This document shows, in pieces, positions 29,807 through 39,844 of a stretch of DNA of 64,000 bases. The stretch's first letter is position 1. Every line of letters starts with the position of its first letter. The DNA lies in contig JAEHCQ010000003.1 in assembly GCA_020696385.1 (NCBI GenBank), positions 1-64,000 of the forward strand, written 5' to 3'. The notes beneath the pieces are model-generated. The model saw nothing but the letters and a program-made list of their open reading frames with translations. It was not told where the DNA came from and ran no database searches. The position numbers were made by a program, and so were the translations under genes. The stretch comes from Methanobacteriota archaeon (GTDB taxonomy: Archaea > Thermoplasmatota > Thermoplasmata > SG8-5 > JAGLSY01).

Positions 29807-31144
29807 TCATTTCTTCTTCTTCATGCCCTGCAATGCATTCAGGAGTGGGAATGGACCACCCTTGCCCTTGCTGTTCTTCAGATTGATCTTCAATGTGAGG
29901 ATCTTCTCGGTGGAGAATAACTTGCCAGCCAGCAGGATCATCACTGCCGTGAATATCACCTGATAGATTATCCCGAAGAATATCGGGGTGTATAGGCCAG
30001 TGTACATGGCTTTAGCAGCCAGCACGGGATAAGAGAATGGTATGGCGTATATCACACCCTGTATGGCCGAAGGAAGCTGGCTGATATCCACGAGCATGAG
30101 AGCGATAGCGGGTATGAAGATGGGCACGTAAAGAACTCCCATCAATGCCTGGGCGCTTCTGACATCCTCGGTAAGTGCGCCAAGAAGGACCGCGACAGAA
30201 AGTGCGGCTATCAGTGATAAGAAGAGGGTGACAAGTAACAGGATTATACCAGTGGTGGATGGAGCCAGCCCGATCTCTGCAAGATTGAGGCCAGCATCAT
30301 CACTCATGGACGCCATCGAGCTTATGTAATAGGATAGGCCAGCCATATAGGCGATCACAGCAAATATGGACACTGCCACGACCCCGCCGACCTTGCCGAA
30401 CAATATGGAATTCCTGGATACCGGCATTGTAAGAAGTGTCTCTAGTGTTTTCTCTTCTTTCTCAATGGCGACCGAAGTTGCCGCCAGCTGAGCCGCCATG
30501 ATAAGAAGCATCATCATCACCATTGGGATCATCATGCTCTGCAACATCATCTGCTCGGATATCCGGCCAGGTGAGACATTTTCCACGATCTCGCCGTGTA
30601 TGACCGCTTCATTGGACAATAGTACAGGATTTTCCACCATCCAAGGTTCTTGGTCCGGGAAGGCTTCAGTTAGTCTTTCATCCACGATGACCTGTATGTA
30701 TTCCCTGAGATAATTTCTCAGAACAGAAGAGGGTATTTCCTCGCTTATCGAGTATGTCTCCATGATCGTGTAGAATTTCACGACCACGCTGGAATCGTTC
30801 TCAATATTGTATGAAAAATCAGGAGGTATGACCACGATCACACTGTATTCCGGATCGGGTTCATCGAATAGCTCCTCGGGGGCATATTCAGACCGATCAT
30901 GAATGGTCACTCCTTTATCCAGGAACACGTCTATCAATCGAGCGGATCCATTTCCAATATCATTATTGATCAATGCGATATTGATATTACTCGCACTCTG
31001 CTCAACTGATTCGACAGTCGCACTCATGGCCGTGCCCATCAGAGGGAATATCAGAACTGGCACGATTATCATTCCAAGAAGAAGACGAGGATCCCTCACC
31101 ATCTCCTTGACCTCTTTCCTGATTATATTGAAAAGCGCGCCCAT
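29807..31144 (-). CDS. ABC-2 permease (NatB-like)
   Basis: RKEVKEMVRD, EKEEKTLETLLTMPVSR..ILFGK; GAGGTG RBS before ATG 31144. Confidence 0.88.
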   Translation of the reverse strand: MGALFNIIRKEVKEMVRDPRLLLGMIIVPVLIFPLMGTAMSATVESVEQSASNINIALINNDIGNGSARLIDVFLDKGVTIHDRSEYAPEELFDEPDPEYSVIVVIPPDFSYNIENDSSVVVKFYTIMETYSISEEIPSSVLRNYLREYIQVIVDERLTEAFPDQEPWMVENPVLLSNEAVIHGEIVENVSPGRISEQMMLQSMMIPMVMMMLLIMAAQLAATSVAIEKEEKTLETLLTMPVSRNSILFGKVGGVVAVSIFAVIAYMAGLSYYISSMASMSDDAGLNLAEIGLAPSTTGIILLLVTLFLSLIAALSVAVLLGALTEDVRSAQALMGVLYVPIFIPAIALMLVDISQLPSAIQGVIYAIPFSYPVLAAKAMYTGLYTPIFFGIIYQVIFTAVMILLAGKLFSTEKILTLKINLKNSKGKGGPFPLLNALQGMKKKK

Positions 31145-31201
31145 ATCACGTACCACCTCTCTTTGGTCGGTGCCCAATAATGCAATCGCTTCGCTCTCGC
31201 A

Positions 31202-31987
31202 TTATTCCGCCCCCCTGTTGGTTGGGCTTGTCAGATGATCGGCCAAGTCTGGATCATCTTCACCCCTGGTGACCTTGATGAACACTTCCTCAAGGTTCAT
31301 TGCATCGTATTTCTCGATTAATCCTTTGGGTGTGCCAGTATCGATAATTATCCCATCATCTATCAATGCGATACGATCGCACAGGAACTCGACTTCCAGC
31401 ATATTGTGGCTGGATAAGAGAACAGAAACGCCCTGGTTCTCCACATATTCCCTTATAATCTTTCTAACATAATAAGCGTGATTGACATCAAGTCCACTGG
31501 CCGGCTCGTCCATCACGGCCAGTCTTGGAACCGTCATTAGCGATCGGGCTATCAGAAGGCGACGGCGCATACCCTTGCTGTATTCCTTGGTGCGGTCGTC
31601 TATCCTCTCGTCGAGGCCAGCGATCTCAACTCCCCTCTGCACGACCTCGTTTGTTTTTGCGGGATCATCATCGAAGAAACCAGCCATGAACTCCAGATAC
31701 TCCCTGCCAGTTAGTTGCTTGTAGGATCCTGCTTCTTCAGGCAGGTAGCTGATTATCTTCCTTATCTCATCGGGTTGCTTGGCGACATCGATGCCGAAAA
31801 TTGTTGCCTGGCCAGATGTCGGTGTGAGAAGGGTGGTGAGTATCTTCAAGGTTGTGGACTTGCCAGCTCCGTTTGGGCCAATGAGGCCGAATACCTCGCC
31901 CTCATTCACTTTGATGGACAGGTTCTCCAGTGCAATCACATTCTTGTAATGCTTGGTCAGGCCAATTGTCTCGACAGCGACAGACAT
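31202..31987 (-). CDS. ABC transporter ATP-binding protein (NatA-like)
   Basis: GPNGAGKST, YSKGM, MDEPASGLD, SSH. Confidence 0.93.
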   Translation of the reverse strand: MSVAVETIGLTKHYKNVIALENLSIKVNEGEVFGLIGPNGAGKSTTLKILTTLLTPTSGQATIFGIDVAKQPDEIRKIISYLPEEAGSYKQLTGREYLEFMAGFFDDDPAKTNEVVQRGVEIAGLDERIDDRTKEYSKGMRRRLLIARSLMTVPRLAVMDEPASGLDVNHAYYVRKIIREYVENQGVSVLLSSHNMLEVEFLCDRIALIDDGIIIDTGTPKGLIEKYDAMNLEEVFIKVTRGEDDPDLADHLTSPTNRGAE

Positions 31988-32055
31988 ACACCTGTTTATG
32001 AAACTGGAATATAAATACATATCTCGGGCATTCCGTGAGAGCCCATGCATCATTA

Positions 32056-32472
32056 TCACACACTGCGCCTATTCTTCCGATCATACCTTTCCTGTTCCAC
32101 ATAATAACAGCTGGCCAGGTATCCGAAGAAGAATAGGGGCACATAGACGATCATAAAAGAAGGGTCTGCATCGACATAGTCCTTGGTGTAATGCCTGAGA
32201 AGTTCGTCATTTGGCACGAAAGCACTGTATGGCGTGAACTCCGGTTCAGTCCAGTTATAATCATTGTACAGCACGGTACTGAAGGACTGGTAGGCGATGA
32301 AAGAAGAATCATATTCGTCCATGACATCAACTGTAAAGCCATTGTAACGATCTACATGGGATGGGTAGATCGGAAGTATGGAGATGAAAAAAGCCAAAAT
32401 AAGAAATAATGATATTTTGGCAATATCCGGCTTCAATAATTTGATGATGGCCATCTTCTGATCTTCTCTCAT
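32056..32472 (-). CDS. Hypothetical two-TM protein
   Basis: ORF with N- and C-terminal hydrophobic helices. Confidence 0.65.
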   Translation of the reverse strand: MREDQKMAIIKLLKPDIAKISLFLILAFFISILPIYPSHVDRYNGFTVDVMDEYDSSFIAYQSFSTVLYNDYNWTEPEFTPYSAFVPNDELLRHYTKDYVDADPSFMIVYVPLFFFGYLASCYYVEQERYDRKNRRSV

Positions 32473-32546
32473 ATTATTAATATTGTAAGTACTGGCATAT
32501 TAATTTTTTGGTTGTTGATTCCGAACTGGTCTGCACTCCATAAAGA

Positions 32547-32759
32547 CTATATTTCATTTGATTTGAACAGCTTACCCATTAATCCAACAAGAAAAATTAT
32601 GAACAATAATCCAATGATTGTTTGTATCATTCTATAATCTTCGAAAGCATTAGTAATTCCTGATGTCCACAACATAATTAGATTGATTAAGAAAATCAAT
32701 ATGAGACCAAAGCCGCCTAAAACAATCATCAAATCGAATTTATCTTTGAAATCAAACAT
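32547..32759 (-). CDS. Small two-TM hypothetical protein
   Basis: 70-aa hydrophobic ORF with upstream purine-rich RBS. Confidence 0.6.
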   Translation of the reverse strand: MFDFKDKFDLMIVLGGFGLILIFLINLIMLWTSGITNAFEDYRMIQTIIGLLFIIFLVGLMGKLFKSNEI

Positions 32760-32857
32760 ATAGCCACTCTTCCACTCACCTATTAATCACCTCTGGACTT
32801 ATAGAGGTTTCGTCCCACCTTCCGAACCGAGCCTTTATTACCAATGCATATTGTCAA

Positions 32858-33679
32858 TCACTTGCCACGCATAGGATTTCCAATATCCCCGGCCTCGAGT
32901 ATCTTTCTTACCTCGGCCAAGTCAATAGAATCAAATACTTCCCAGAACCACAATTTAGCCTCTTCTGTGCGCTTGGCCAGCTCCTCGCCGTTTGGAACAA
33001 GTACGAACTTCTTCAGCCTCTCGTCTATCTCCGGGGGTAGATCGTACTTCGAATAACGGGTGTGGAATTGTGACCGCATAGGGCAATGCTTGATCCTCAG
33101 AACCTCGACAAGGGGCCTGAGGGTCATGCCAGTGTAGAATCCATAGGCGTCCATGAACGTCCCTCTGTTAAGCTCCTTGGTCGTCATTATCTGGAACATG
33201 TCGAACATGGTCTTGAGCATCTCCAACCTGGAGCCGAACCTCTCGATCATCGCATCTATGTCCAGACCAGTGTCTTTAACCAGGGACTTCTTATCAAAAT
33301 GAATCAACGGTATGCCATGAATGTCGTACTGAAGAAATCTATCAGCCTCGGTGTTCTCCTTTTGTATGGCCAGGTCGATGAGTAAGTAGGGGCTAGCTCC
33401 CTTTATCCGATAAAAGAATTGTGAATGGCCGTGGAAGGTTGGCTCTGGAATTCTGAACTTCAGATCCACCCCATATGACTTCTCCAACGCTCCCTCAACC
33501 AGGTCGAAGGTCTCTTCAACTTTGTCATCATCGACGATCAATATCACGTCGATGTCCGACCAGGTATCCAGCCTGTCAAAGGATATTCCTCCCATCTCCC
33601 ACATGGCATGTACATGGTCAAGAGGTTCCAGGGCTTTCTTCAGGCTCTCTGCTATATCCTCATGGCTTATTTTAGAAAT
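32858..33679 (-). CDS. Pol-beta-type nucleotidyltransferase domain protein (probable ATT start)
   Basis: WEMGGISFDRLDTWSDIDV catalytic motif; frame open upstream of ATG 33604 to GGTGAT-ATC-ATT at 33677-33679. Confidence 0.8.
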   Translation of the reverse strand: MSKISHEDIAESLKKALEPLDHVHAMWEMGGISFDRLDTWSDIDVILIVDDDKVEETFDLVEGALEKSYGVDLKFRIPEPTFHGHSQFFYRIKGASPYLLIDLAIQKENTEADRFLQYDIHGIPLIHFDKKSLVKDTGLDIDAMIERFGSRLEMLKTMFDMFQIMTTKELNRGTFMDAYGFYTGMTLRPLVEVLRIKHCPMRSQFHTRYSKYDLPPEIDERLKKFVLVPNGEELAKRTEEAKLWFWEVFDSIDLAEVRKILEAGDIGNPMRGK

Positions 33680-33853
33680 GATATCACCAGCACGGATAAT
33701 GACTGGATGGATAATAATGTTATGATTTGATCATTATGATAAACAGTAAGGCAATGAGAAAGCAAGGGTGGGTGCCAACAATGTACCAGTGTGGTGGGGG
33801 CCATATGGATGGCGGGAGAAATAATAGTTCAAAGCTATGTCTTCAGTCCAAGC

Positions 33854-35398
33854 TCACCTTGCCCCAACAGCCTTCATCATGTGTGTTTTCATCTTCTTCT
33901 TGGTATTGTAGTCGTGGATAACATCGACCGGCCGTCCGGTTGATGGATCAATGCCAGACCAGTACATGCACGTGCTGGGTGTCATCGGGGTCGGGGTGAA
34001 CAATTGAAATTGCTCCACATTTCGCAATTTCTTTATCTCATCTACGAGAGCCAGCACCTCTTTCTCATCATCCCCCGGATGCCCGATCATGAAATAGTAG
34101 CGTAATGATTGCTTTCCATCCGGGTTGAGTCTTTCAAAATGAAGAATGAAATCAGCCAGTCGCTCATTCCTTTTGTTCATCAGGGCCAGTACTTTTTTAG
34201 ATGTGTGCTCGGGAGCTATTTTCAGGGTTCCGGAAACGTGGTGAGCCGACAGCTCCCGCATGTATTCCTCGCTCTCCATTGCCAGATCATATCGCACGCC
34301 ACTGCGAACGAAGACCTTCTTCACACCCCGGACTTGCCTGGCTTTTCTCATTAGACTGATAAGTCGCTCATGGCTCTTGTCCAGCTTGAAGCAGTTGATA
34401 CATTTCCCATCACACCCAACACAATCCATGCCGTACATATTGGCTGACGGTCCACCCAGATCATCCACATAGCCCTTGAATTCCGGGTGCTTGGCCATCC
34501 TCTCGATCTCGAATATGATGCTTTCCTCGGATCTGGAAATTATCTTGCTACCCTGATGCAATGCCAGGGAGCAGAAGCTGCACTCGCCGATACAGCCACG
34601 GTGAGTGACCACCGAGAACTGAGCCATTTTCAAATTGGATCTCGAATGCATCTTTCTTGAGAATTCCATGGAATAAAGTCGATCAAGATGATCGGAAGAA
34701 TAATTGGGGGATCTGAATTGTAGAAGGAAATCGTGTTCATACTGCTGGGCCAGGTTTTTGTTTATAGAAAAGCCAGCCTGCATTTCGCAGAACTTCTCCT
34801 TGCTGGCCTTTATCTCAGTAAAGGAGGGCAGCTGATGAAAATCATCGGGAACTTCCTTGCTGATGATGCATGTGCCCTTCACGCCTGTGAGCTCTTGTCC
34901 ATCACTCGCCTTTTTGGCCAACTGGACAATTTGTTTTTCCCCATTGCCGTAAACCAGCACATCCGCCCGGCAATCATACAAGATACTCCTTCGCAGATCA
35001 TTGTCCCAGTAGTCATAATGGGCAAAGCGGCGAAGCGAGGCTTCTATGCCACCGATTATGATCCTGCACCCCTTGAAATAACGGCGAAGGGCATTGCAAT
35101 ACACGATCAATGCACGATCTGGCATGTCCGGCTCATCACGCCTCATTTTTTTCAGAGGCGTGTAATTGTTCAACATGCTGTCTATCGAGCCAGATGTGAC
35201 ACCGAAGAACAGTTTTGGTGAGCCAAGTTTTGTGAAGTCCGCCTCCACCAGAGGTTTTTCGATGATGCCGACAGAAAAACCTTCCGCATCCAGCACTCGG
35301 GCTATCATTCCCACAGGAGAGAGCGGATGGTCGTCCCAATATTCCGCGCTTATCAGAATTATATCGAATTCACTGCCAGTTCGAGATATCACAGACAT
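33854..35398 (-). CDS. YgiQ/UPF0313 radical SAM protein
   Basis: GGIEASLRRFAHYDYW, RGCIGECSFC, DLGGPSANMY, QLFTPTPMT. Confidence 0.93.
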   Translation of the reverse strand: MSVISRTGSEFDIILISAEYWDDHPLSPVGMIARVLDAEGFSVGIIEKPLVEADFTKLGSPKLFFGVTSGSIDSMLNNYTPLKKMRRDEPDMPDRALIVYCNALRRYFKGCRIIIGGIEASLRRFAHYDYWDNDLRRSILYDCRADVLVYGNGEKQIVQLAKKASDGQELTGVKGTCIISKEVPDDFHQLPSFTEIKASKEKFCEMQAGFSINKNLAQQYEHDFLLQFRSPNYSSDHLDRLYSMEFSRKMHSRSNLKMAQFSVVTHRGCIGECSFCSLALHQGSKIISRSEESIIFEIERMAKHPEFKGYVDDLGGPSANMYGMDCVGCDGKCINCFKLDKSHERLISLMRKARQVRGVKKVFVRSGVRYDLAMESEEYMRELSAHHVSGTLKIAPEHTSKKVLALMNKRNERLADFILHFERLNPDGKQSLRYYFMIGHPGDDEKEVLALVDEIKKLRNVEQFQLFTPTPMTPSTCMYWSGIDPSTGRPVDVIHDYNTKKKMKTHMMKAVGAR

Positions 35399-35559
35399 CA
35401 GATAGTATGAAACCTATTTTTAATTTGGTATATTGTATAGGGTATGATATTATATATAATACATAAATACGAATGTTTCAGCATATAATATGTCCGAATA
35501 ACCAATTAACAATGCAATTATCGAAAGATTTAAGAACTATTATGTACATAATCTGTCCC

Positions 35560-36492
35560 ATGGATGAGACAGATATCAAGATCACAAGCATATTGCATGG
35601 GAACTCGCGAATATCGACAAGAGAGTTGGGAGATATACTGGACCTATCGGTGAACAGTATTCATAAAAGATTGAATGCCCTCATTGATAATGGTGTTATC
35701 GAAACTTTTGTCATGGGCCCATCCTGTTCCTCTATAGAACATGTGTCTGTATTGATCATGGGAAATTCATCATGCTCATCCATGAATGAATGTGTGGCCA
35801 ATCTGGGAAAGGACAAGAATGTGCTAAAGATCATAGTAGGACTGGACAATAAATTGTTCATATCCTGCATCATTCCTAATATATCAGATCTGAGAGAGCT
35901 GACCGACCATTGTATACAGGCTGGTGAGCTGGAAGATTATCAGGTGGGCATATTCGATATCCCCGTATGCCAAAAGAAGAAGAAAAGTGATGAGGATGAA
36001 GAGGAAACAAAGAAAGTCAAGCTCACAAAGCTGGACTACAGGATCATACACAGCTTCTCCAAGAACTCACGGCGACCAATATCCGATGTCGCGGATGATC
36101 TGAATGTATCACCAAAGACAGTTAAAAGACGACTGGCAAAGTTGGAGAAAGAAAGCCTTGTAGGTTCCGGCATCCACTGGCAACCCACCATGACCAATGA
36201 TATAATCACCTATCTGTCAGTTACCGTGGATCCTGGTATAGATGTTATGGAGCTATTCACGAATTTGAGGGAAAACTATTGCCCCAACTTCATCACTCTG
36301 TACTCCTTCGGCAACCTGCCGGACTTCATCTTGATACTGTTCTGGACCAAGACCATGAGGGAGATGAATGACATTCAGCAGGCCTTGAGAAAGGAATACG
36401 AATTCAAATCAATAAGGTCCAATATGCAGTACAGAGCCCATCATTTTGATACATGGTTGGACGATCATATCAAGAAAAGAGCCGAGCTGTAA
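35560..36492 (+). CDS. Transcription regulator with two tandem Lrp/AsnC-type wHTH units
   Basis: Paralogue of 22377-23282 (NSRIS.RELG, SPKTVKRRLAKLE, WQPT, QYRAHHFDTW). Confidence 0.88.
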   Translation: MDETDIKITSILHGNSRISTRELGDILDLSVNSIHKRLNALIDNGVIETFVMGPSCSSIEHVSVLIMGNSSCSSMNECVANLGKDKNVLKIIVGLDNKLFISCIIPNISDLRELTDHCIQAGELEDYQVGIFDIPVCQKKKKSDEDEEETKKVKLTKLDYRIIHSFSKNSRRPISDVADDLNVSPKTVKRRLAKLEKESLVGSGIHWQPTMTNDIITYLSVTVDPGIDVMELFTNLRENYCPNFITLYSFGNLPDFILILFWTKTMREMNDIQQALRKEYEFKSIRSNMQYRAHHFDTWLDDHIKKRAEL

Positions 36493-36509
36493 TTCTTGGC
36501 CAGGCAATT

Positions 36510-36643
36510 TAAATTGTCCGTTTTAAACACATAAAAGTAGAGAAATCGCCCATTATCTCCCAAAATAAGATATTTTTTTGTCTGTTTCATCTAACATGAG
36601 ATTATAACCCTAACTGACAATATTCTTATTGAGGTGATAAAAA
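36510..36643 (+). promoter_or_regulatory. Conserved promoter cassette copy B
   Basis: TGTCCGTT...AGAGAAATCGCCCATTAT...CATCTAACATGAGATTATAACC...GAGGTGA. Confidence 0.65.
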
Positions 36644-36865
36644 ATGAAACGATACAACCCGAGTGACAATATCATGGTCATACCATCCGCCCAATATCCA
36701 CATATGATATCCATGCCAGATCGCAAGAACACAGTTCATTATGATCTCCACTCTCCTCAAAAGAAAACCAACAGGCCTGACAAGATCAATCTGGTCAACA
36801 GAACAGCCATTTCGGTCATGTCCACTATAACCGGTCTGATATTGAAATGGAGGTCTGAAAGATGA
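36644..36865 (+). CDS. Small hypothetical protein, first gene of a 4-gene operon
   Basis: GAGGTGA RBS; stop overlaps next start (ATGA). Confidence 0.6.
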   Translation: MKRYNPSDNIMVIPSAQYPHMISMPDRKNTVHYDLHSPQKKTNRPDKINLVNRTAISVMSTITGLILKWRSER

Positions 36866-37236
36866 TGGACCTGGCGAAATTGGAGGCAAAGACAAAGGAG
36901 TCATGCCACAAGGAATCGATAATGGCAGTTGAGAAGTACCGTGGGTACAAGATAGGCGTGGGACTCAGAATAAACAAGAAGAACACAAAGAGGTTCTTCA
37001 TCGCACTATTGGTATCCCTGGGCATCAATGAGGATTGTACCATTGACGTTGATATCCTTGAAAAGAAAGTGGAAGCCCTTAGACAACTGGACAAAATGGG
37101 GTATAAGTTGAGCTATGGGGGAAATGGCTCGGTATATTGCGAGCGAATGACAAAAAAGGGGGAAATGGAGAAGAGAATATCAAAACTTCAGGAAGTTCTG
37201 CCTGAATATTTGGGGTGTGAACTAATTGACAGCTGA
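36862..37236 (+). CDS. Hypothetical protein, paralogue of 23426-23851
   Basis: GGAGGT RBS; MGYKLSYGGNGSVYCER. Confidence 0.8.
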   Translation: MMDLAKLEAKTKESCHKESIMAVEKYRGYKIGVGLRINKKNTKRFFIALLVSLGINEDCTIDVDILEKKVEALRQLDKMGYKLSYGGNGSVYCERMTKKGEMEKRISKLQEVLPEYLGCELIDS

Positions 37237-37423
37237 GACTGATATACATTACATGCCGAGGAATCCAAAGGGCCCACCAGAACCGCTCCCTTACGTAGAG
37301 GTAATATCTTGTGCAATAAGATTGAAAGAATATACATTCAGGAAACTTGAAGCCAGGTTAGACCGGGGGGAGATAACTTTGGATGAGTTCAAAAAGGATG
37401 TGATGGTATTGAGGGAGATCTAG
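37226..37423 (+). CDS. Small protein with SHOCT-like C-terminus
   Basis: RKLEARLDRGEITLDEFKK. Confidence 0.65.
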   Translation: MTAETDIHYMPRNPKGPPEPLPYVEVISCAIRLKEYTFRKLEARLDRGEITLDEFKKDVMVLREI

Positions 37424-37428
37424 GGGGT

Positions 37429-37740
37429 GTGGAAATGAGAACAGATGATCCTCACATGACATTGATTCCTCCTATATTAGACATGAAAAGCCTACGGAGA
37501 TATCAGAAAATTATAAGATCTTCTGATACCAAAGAGCAGGCAGATGAACAACCGCCCACTGTTCATCTGGGCATTGGACTGGCAATTATCGCATCCATGA
37601 CGGCATCGATAATTGCTTATGTCAGTGCCATCCAGCTCAGGGCCGCAGTGATGAGGTCTCTGGAAGGAAGGCTCGCCAATGGTGAAATATCTGAGGCAGA
37701 GTTCAAGGAGCGCGTGAAAGAGTTGAAGACAGCTATCTGA
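37429..37740 (+). CDS. Small TM protein with SHOCT-like C-terminus
   Basis: TM helix then LEGRLANGEISEAEFKERVKEL. Confidence 0.7.
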   Translation: MEMRTDDPHMTLIPPILDMKSLRRYQKIIRSSDTKEQADEQPPTVHLGIGLAIIASMTASIIAYVSAIQLRAAVMRSLEGRLANGEISEAEFKERVKELKTAI

Positions 37741-37765
37741 TCTTCAACTCTTTATTTATTTTTTT

Positions 37766-37800
37766 ATATCAATATCAATATCAATATCAATATCAATATT
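37766..37800. repeat. (ATATCA)n microsatellite, ~5 units
   Basis: Direct reading of the intergenic sequence. Confidence 0.8.
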
Positions 37801-37867
37801 ATTATGTCTGAGGAATAAAAATATACTGGACAGAGTATGCCTAATATTATACAAATAATTCTATATT

Positions 37868-38044
37868 TTATTCTTCATTTAATTGTTTCACCCTCAACTC
37901 CGCCTTGGATAGGATATCATCCGCGACCTTGGCCAGCTCCATGCCTTTCTCATAGAGCTCGACAGCCCTTTCCAGCTCGAGATCATCATCTTCAAGCTCC
38001 TTCACGATCTTCTTCAGGTCCTTAACTGCCTTTTCGAACTTCAA
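37868..38044 (-). CDS. xseB: Exodeoxyribonuclease VII small subunit (58 aa, not in ORF track)
   Basis: TTG start after GAGGTG; MKFEKAVKDLKKIVKELEDDDLELERAVELYEKGMEL...AELRVKQL; overlaps xseA end. Confidence 0.92.
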   Translation of the reverse strand: MKFEKAVKDLKKIVKELEDDDLELERAVELYEKGMELAKVADDILSKAELRVKQLNEE

Positions 38045-39215
38045 TTTCCTTCACCTCTCCTTTTGCTTTACCATCTCTGAACATTGCCTTGAACTCTCCT
38101 TTCTCCAGGTCTGAAACATCACGTATCATATTCCCATCCTGGCTAAATGCCACCAGACCTTTCTCCTTTATTCCCGCCACCCAGGAGGATCTCAGCATAC
38201 TATCATTCTCAACAAGTATCGATCGATCCACCATCATTTTCTTCACTACCGAATGATCGATCTTTTCCTGAATCCGGACAATAGAATCTCGCTGCCCATC
38301 GATCCGCATCTTCATAGCCCGCCCGATCACATCCATATCGCACAGGTCCAGTGTCTGCCGGTTATTCCGCAGGACATATTCCATGGCCCCAGTCAGGCGT
38401 TCTGCCGCCATGCTCTTTTCCTGAATGACCTCCGACATATTATTGACGACCAACTTGGCAGCGGCCGTAGGTGTTACGGCAAAAGCGTCCGCGACCAGAT
38501 CGGTTATCACCTGATCCACATCATGCCCAACTGCAGATATCGTAGGAGTGGAGCATCCGAACACAGCGCGTGCCAGCTTCTCATCATTGAAGCACCACAA
38601 ATCCTCCATGGAACCACCTCCGCGGCCAAATATGATGATGTCCACCATATCATCAAGAGCTCGCAAGCCTTGGATGATACCTTCACTTGCTCCTTCGCCC
38701 TGCACTCGCGAGTCATAAAGCAGGACATCGATGGGAGGCCCATCCTCGAAGACACTGATCATGTCCTGGAGGCCAGCTCCCTTGATACTTGATATCAGAC
38801 CTACGCTTCGTATGAATTTTGGTATCGGCTTCTTGTGCTCGGGCTCAAAAAGACCCTCAGCCTGCAACTTGGTCTTCAGCTCTATGAACTTCTTGTATAG
38901 GTCACCAGTGCCCATTGCCTTTATTTCTTTGACATCCAGCTGATAATTCGAGCCTCCGGGGTAGGTGGATATATCACCAGTCAAGATCACCTTCATGCCA
39001 TTATCCAGCTTGAGGTCCTTAATTACATCAAGGCGGCTATTCCACATCACACATCTCAGAACCGCGGTATCATCCTTCAGTGAGAAATACAAATGTCTTT
39101 TCATCCCTCTGAAATCAGTTATCTCGCCTATTACGGATACATTATGAAAGGCATCCTGGCCTCTGACCAGGTCCCGTATACGAAAAGCGACCTCGGAAAC
39201 AGTTAATGGATTCAC
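38022..39215 (-). CDS. xseA: Exodeoxyribonuclease VII large subunit
   Basis: HLYFSLKD OB-fold, GRGGGSMEDLWCFNDE, SAVGHDVD, TPTAAA. Confidence 0.95.
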   Translation of the reverse strand: MNPLTVSEVAFRIRDLVRGQDAFHNVSVIGEITDFRGMKRHLYFSLKDDTAVLRCVMWNSRLDVIKDLKLDNGMKVILTGDISTYPGGSNYQLDVKEIKAMGTGDLYKKFIELKTKLQAEGLFEPEHKKPIPKFIRSVGLISSIKGAGLQDMISVFEDGPPIDVLLYDSRVQGEGASEGIIQGLRALDDMVDIIIFGRGGGSMEDLWCFNDEKLARAVFGCSTPTISAVGHDVDQVITDLVADAFAVTPTAAAKLVVNNMSEVIQEKSMAAERLTGAMEYVLRNNRQTLDLCDMDVIGRAMKMRIDGQRDSIVRIQEKIDHSVVKKMMVDRSILVENDSMLRSSWVAGIKEKGLVAFSQDGNMIRDVSDLEKGEFKAMFRDGKAKGEVKEIEVRKGS

Positions 39216-39454
39216 ATGTCAACATTCTGTTGTTATCTAATAAAGGTTATTGAGAGGGGGGTGGGAGAAAGTAATAGGTAGCACGGTAGAGAAAATATCG
39301 AGAGAAGTGGAAGATTAGACATTTTCCACCGTGCATTAACTACATTATAACGATAGTTAATAAACTTTACTACTGCCTACTTATTTGACTCATGCTCATA
39401 ATATTAGAGATAGGTATTGGATATTGGATATAATATTGAGAAATAATTAAGGAC

Positions 39455-39826
39455 ATGGACGATCATCAAGGTGCGATGAAAGGAAATATCGATAAGGACA
39501 TCTTGCCATACATAATTGATTCGATACCCGCTGAGCTGACATTCATAGATGAGAATGATCTCATTGTGTTTTGGAGCCAGCCCGAGACAAAGATATTCAG
39601 CAGGCCAGACGGTATCCTGGGAATTGATATTAGAAAATGTCACCCCAAGAAAAGCCAGGATGATCTGGAAAAACTGCTTGCGGATATGAGATCTGGCTCC
39701 ATTGACAAGAAAACAATGAGAACCGTGAACAATGGCATGGATATTCAGGTAGAATACGTCGCTGTTAGAGACAGCGATGGCAAATACAGAGGATGCCTTG
39801 AGGTATGTCGGGTGCTGGATAAATGA
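39455..39826 (+). CDS. Stand-alone PAS domain protein
   Basis: IPAELTFIDEND...IFSR...GIDIRKCHP...GKYRGCLEV. Confidence 0.85.
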   Translation: MDDHQGAMKGNIDKDILPYIIDSIPAELTFIDENDLIVFWSQPETKIFSRPDGILGIDIRKCHPKKSQDDLEKLLADMRSGSIDKKTMRTVNNGMDIQVEYVAVRDSDGKYRGCLEVCRVLDK

Positions 39827-39844
39827 TACCTTCATTTGGAATGA

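Noticed and set aside
39281-39360. Imperfect hairpin and TTAACTA..TAGTTAA repeat between xseA and the PAS gene
   Set aside because: Single occurrence, weak stems, no supporting family.
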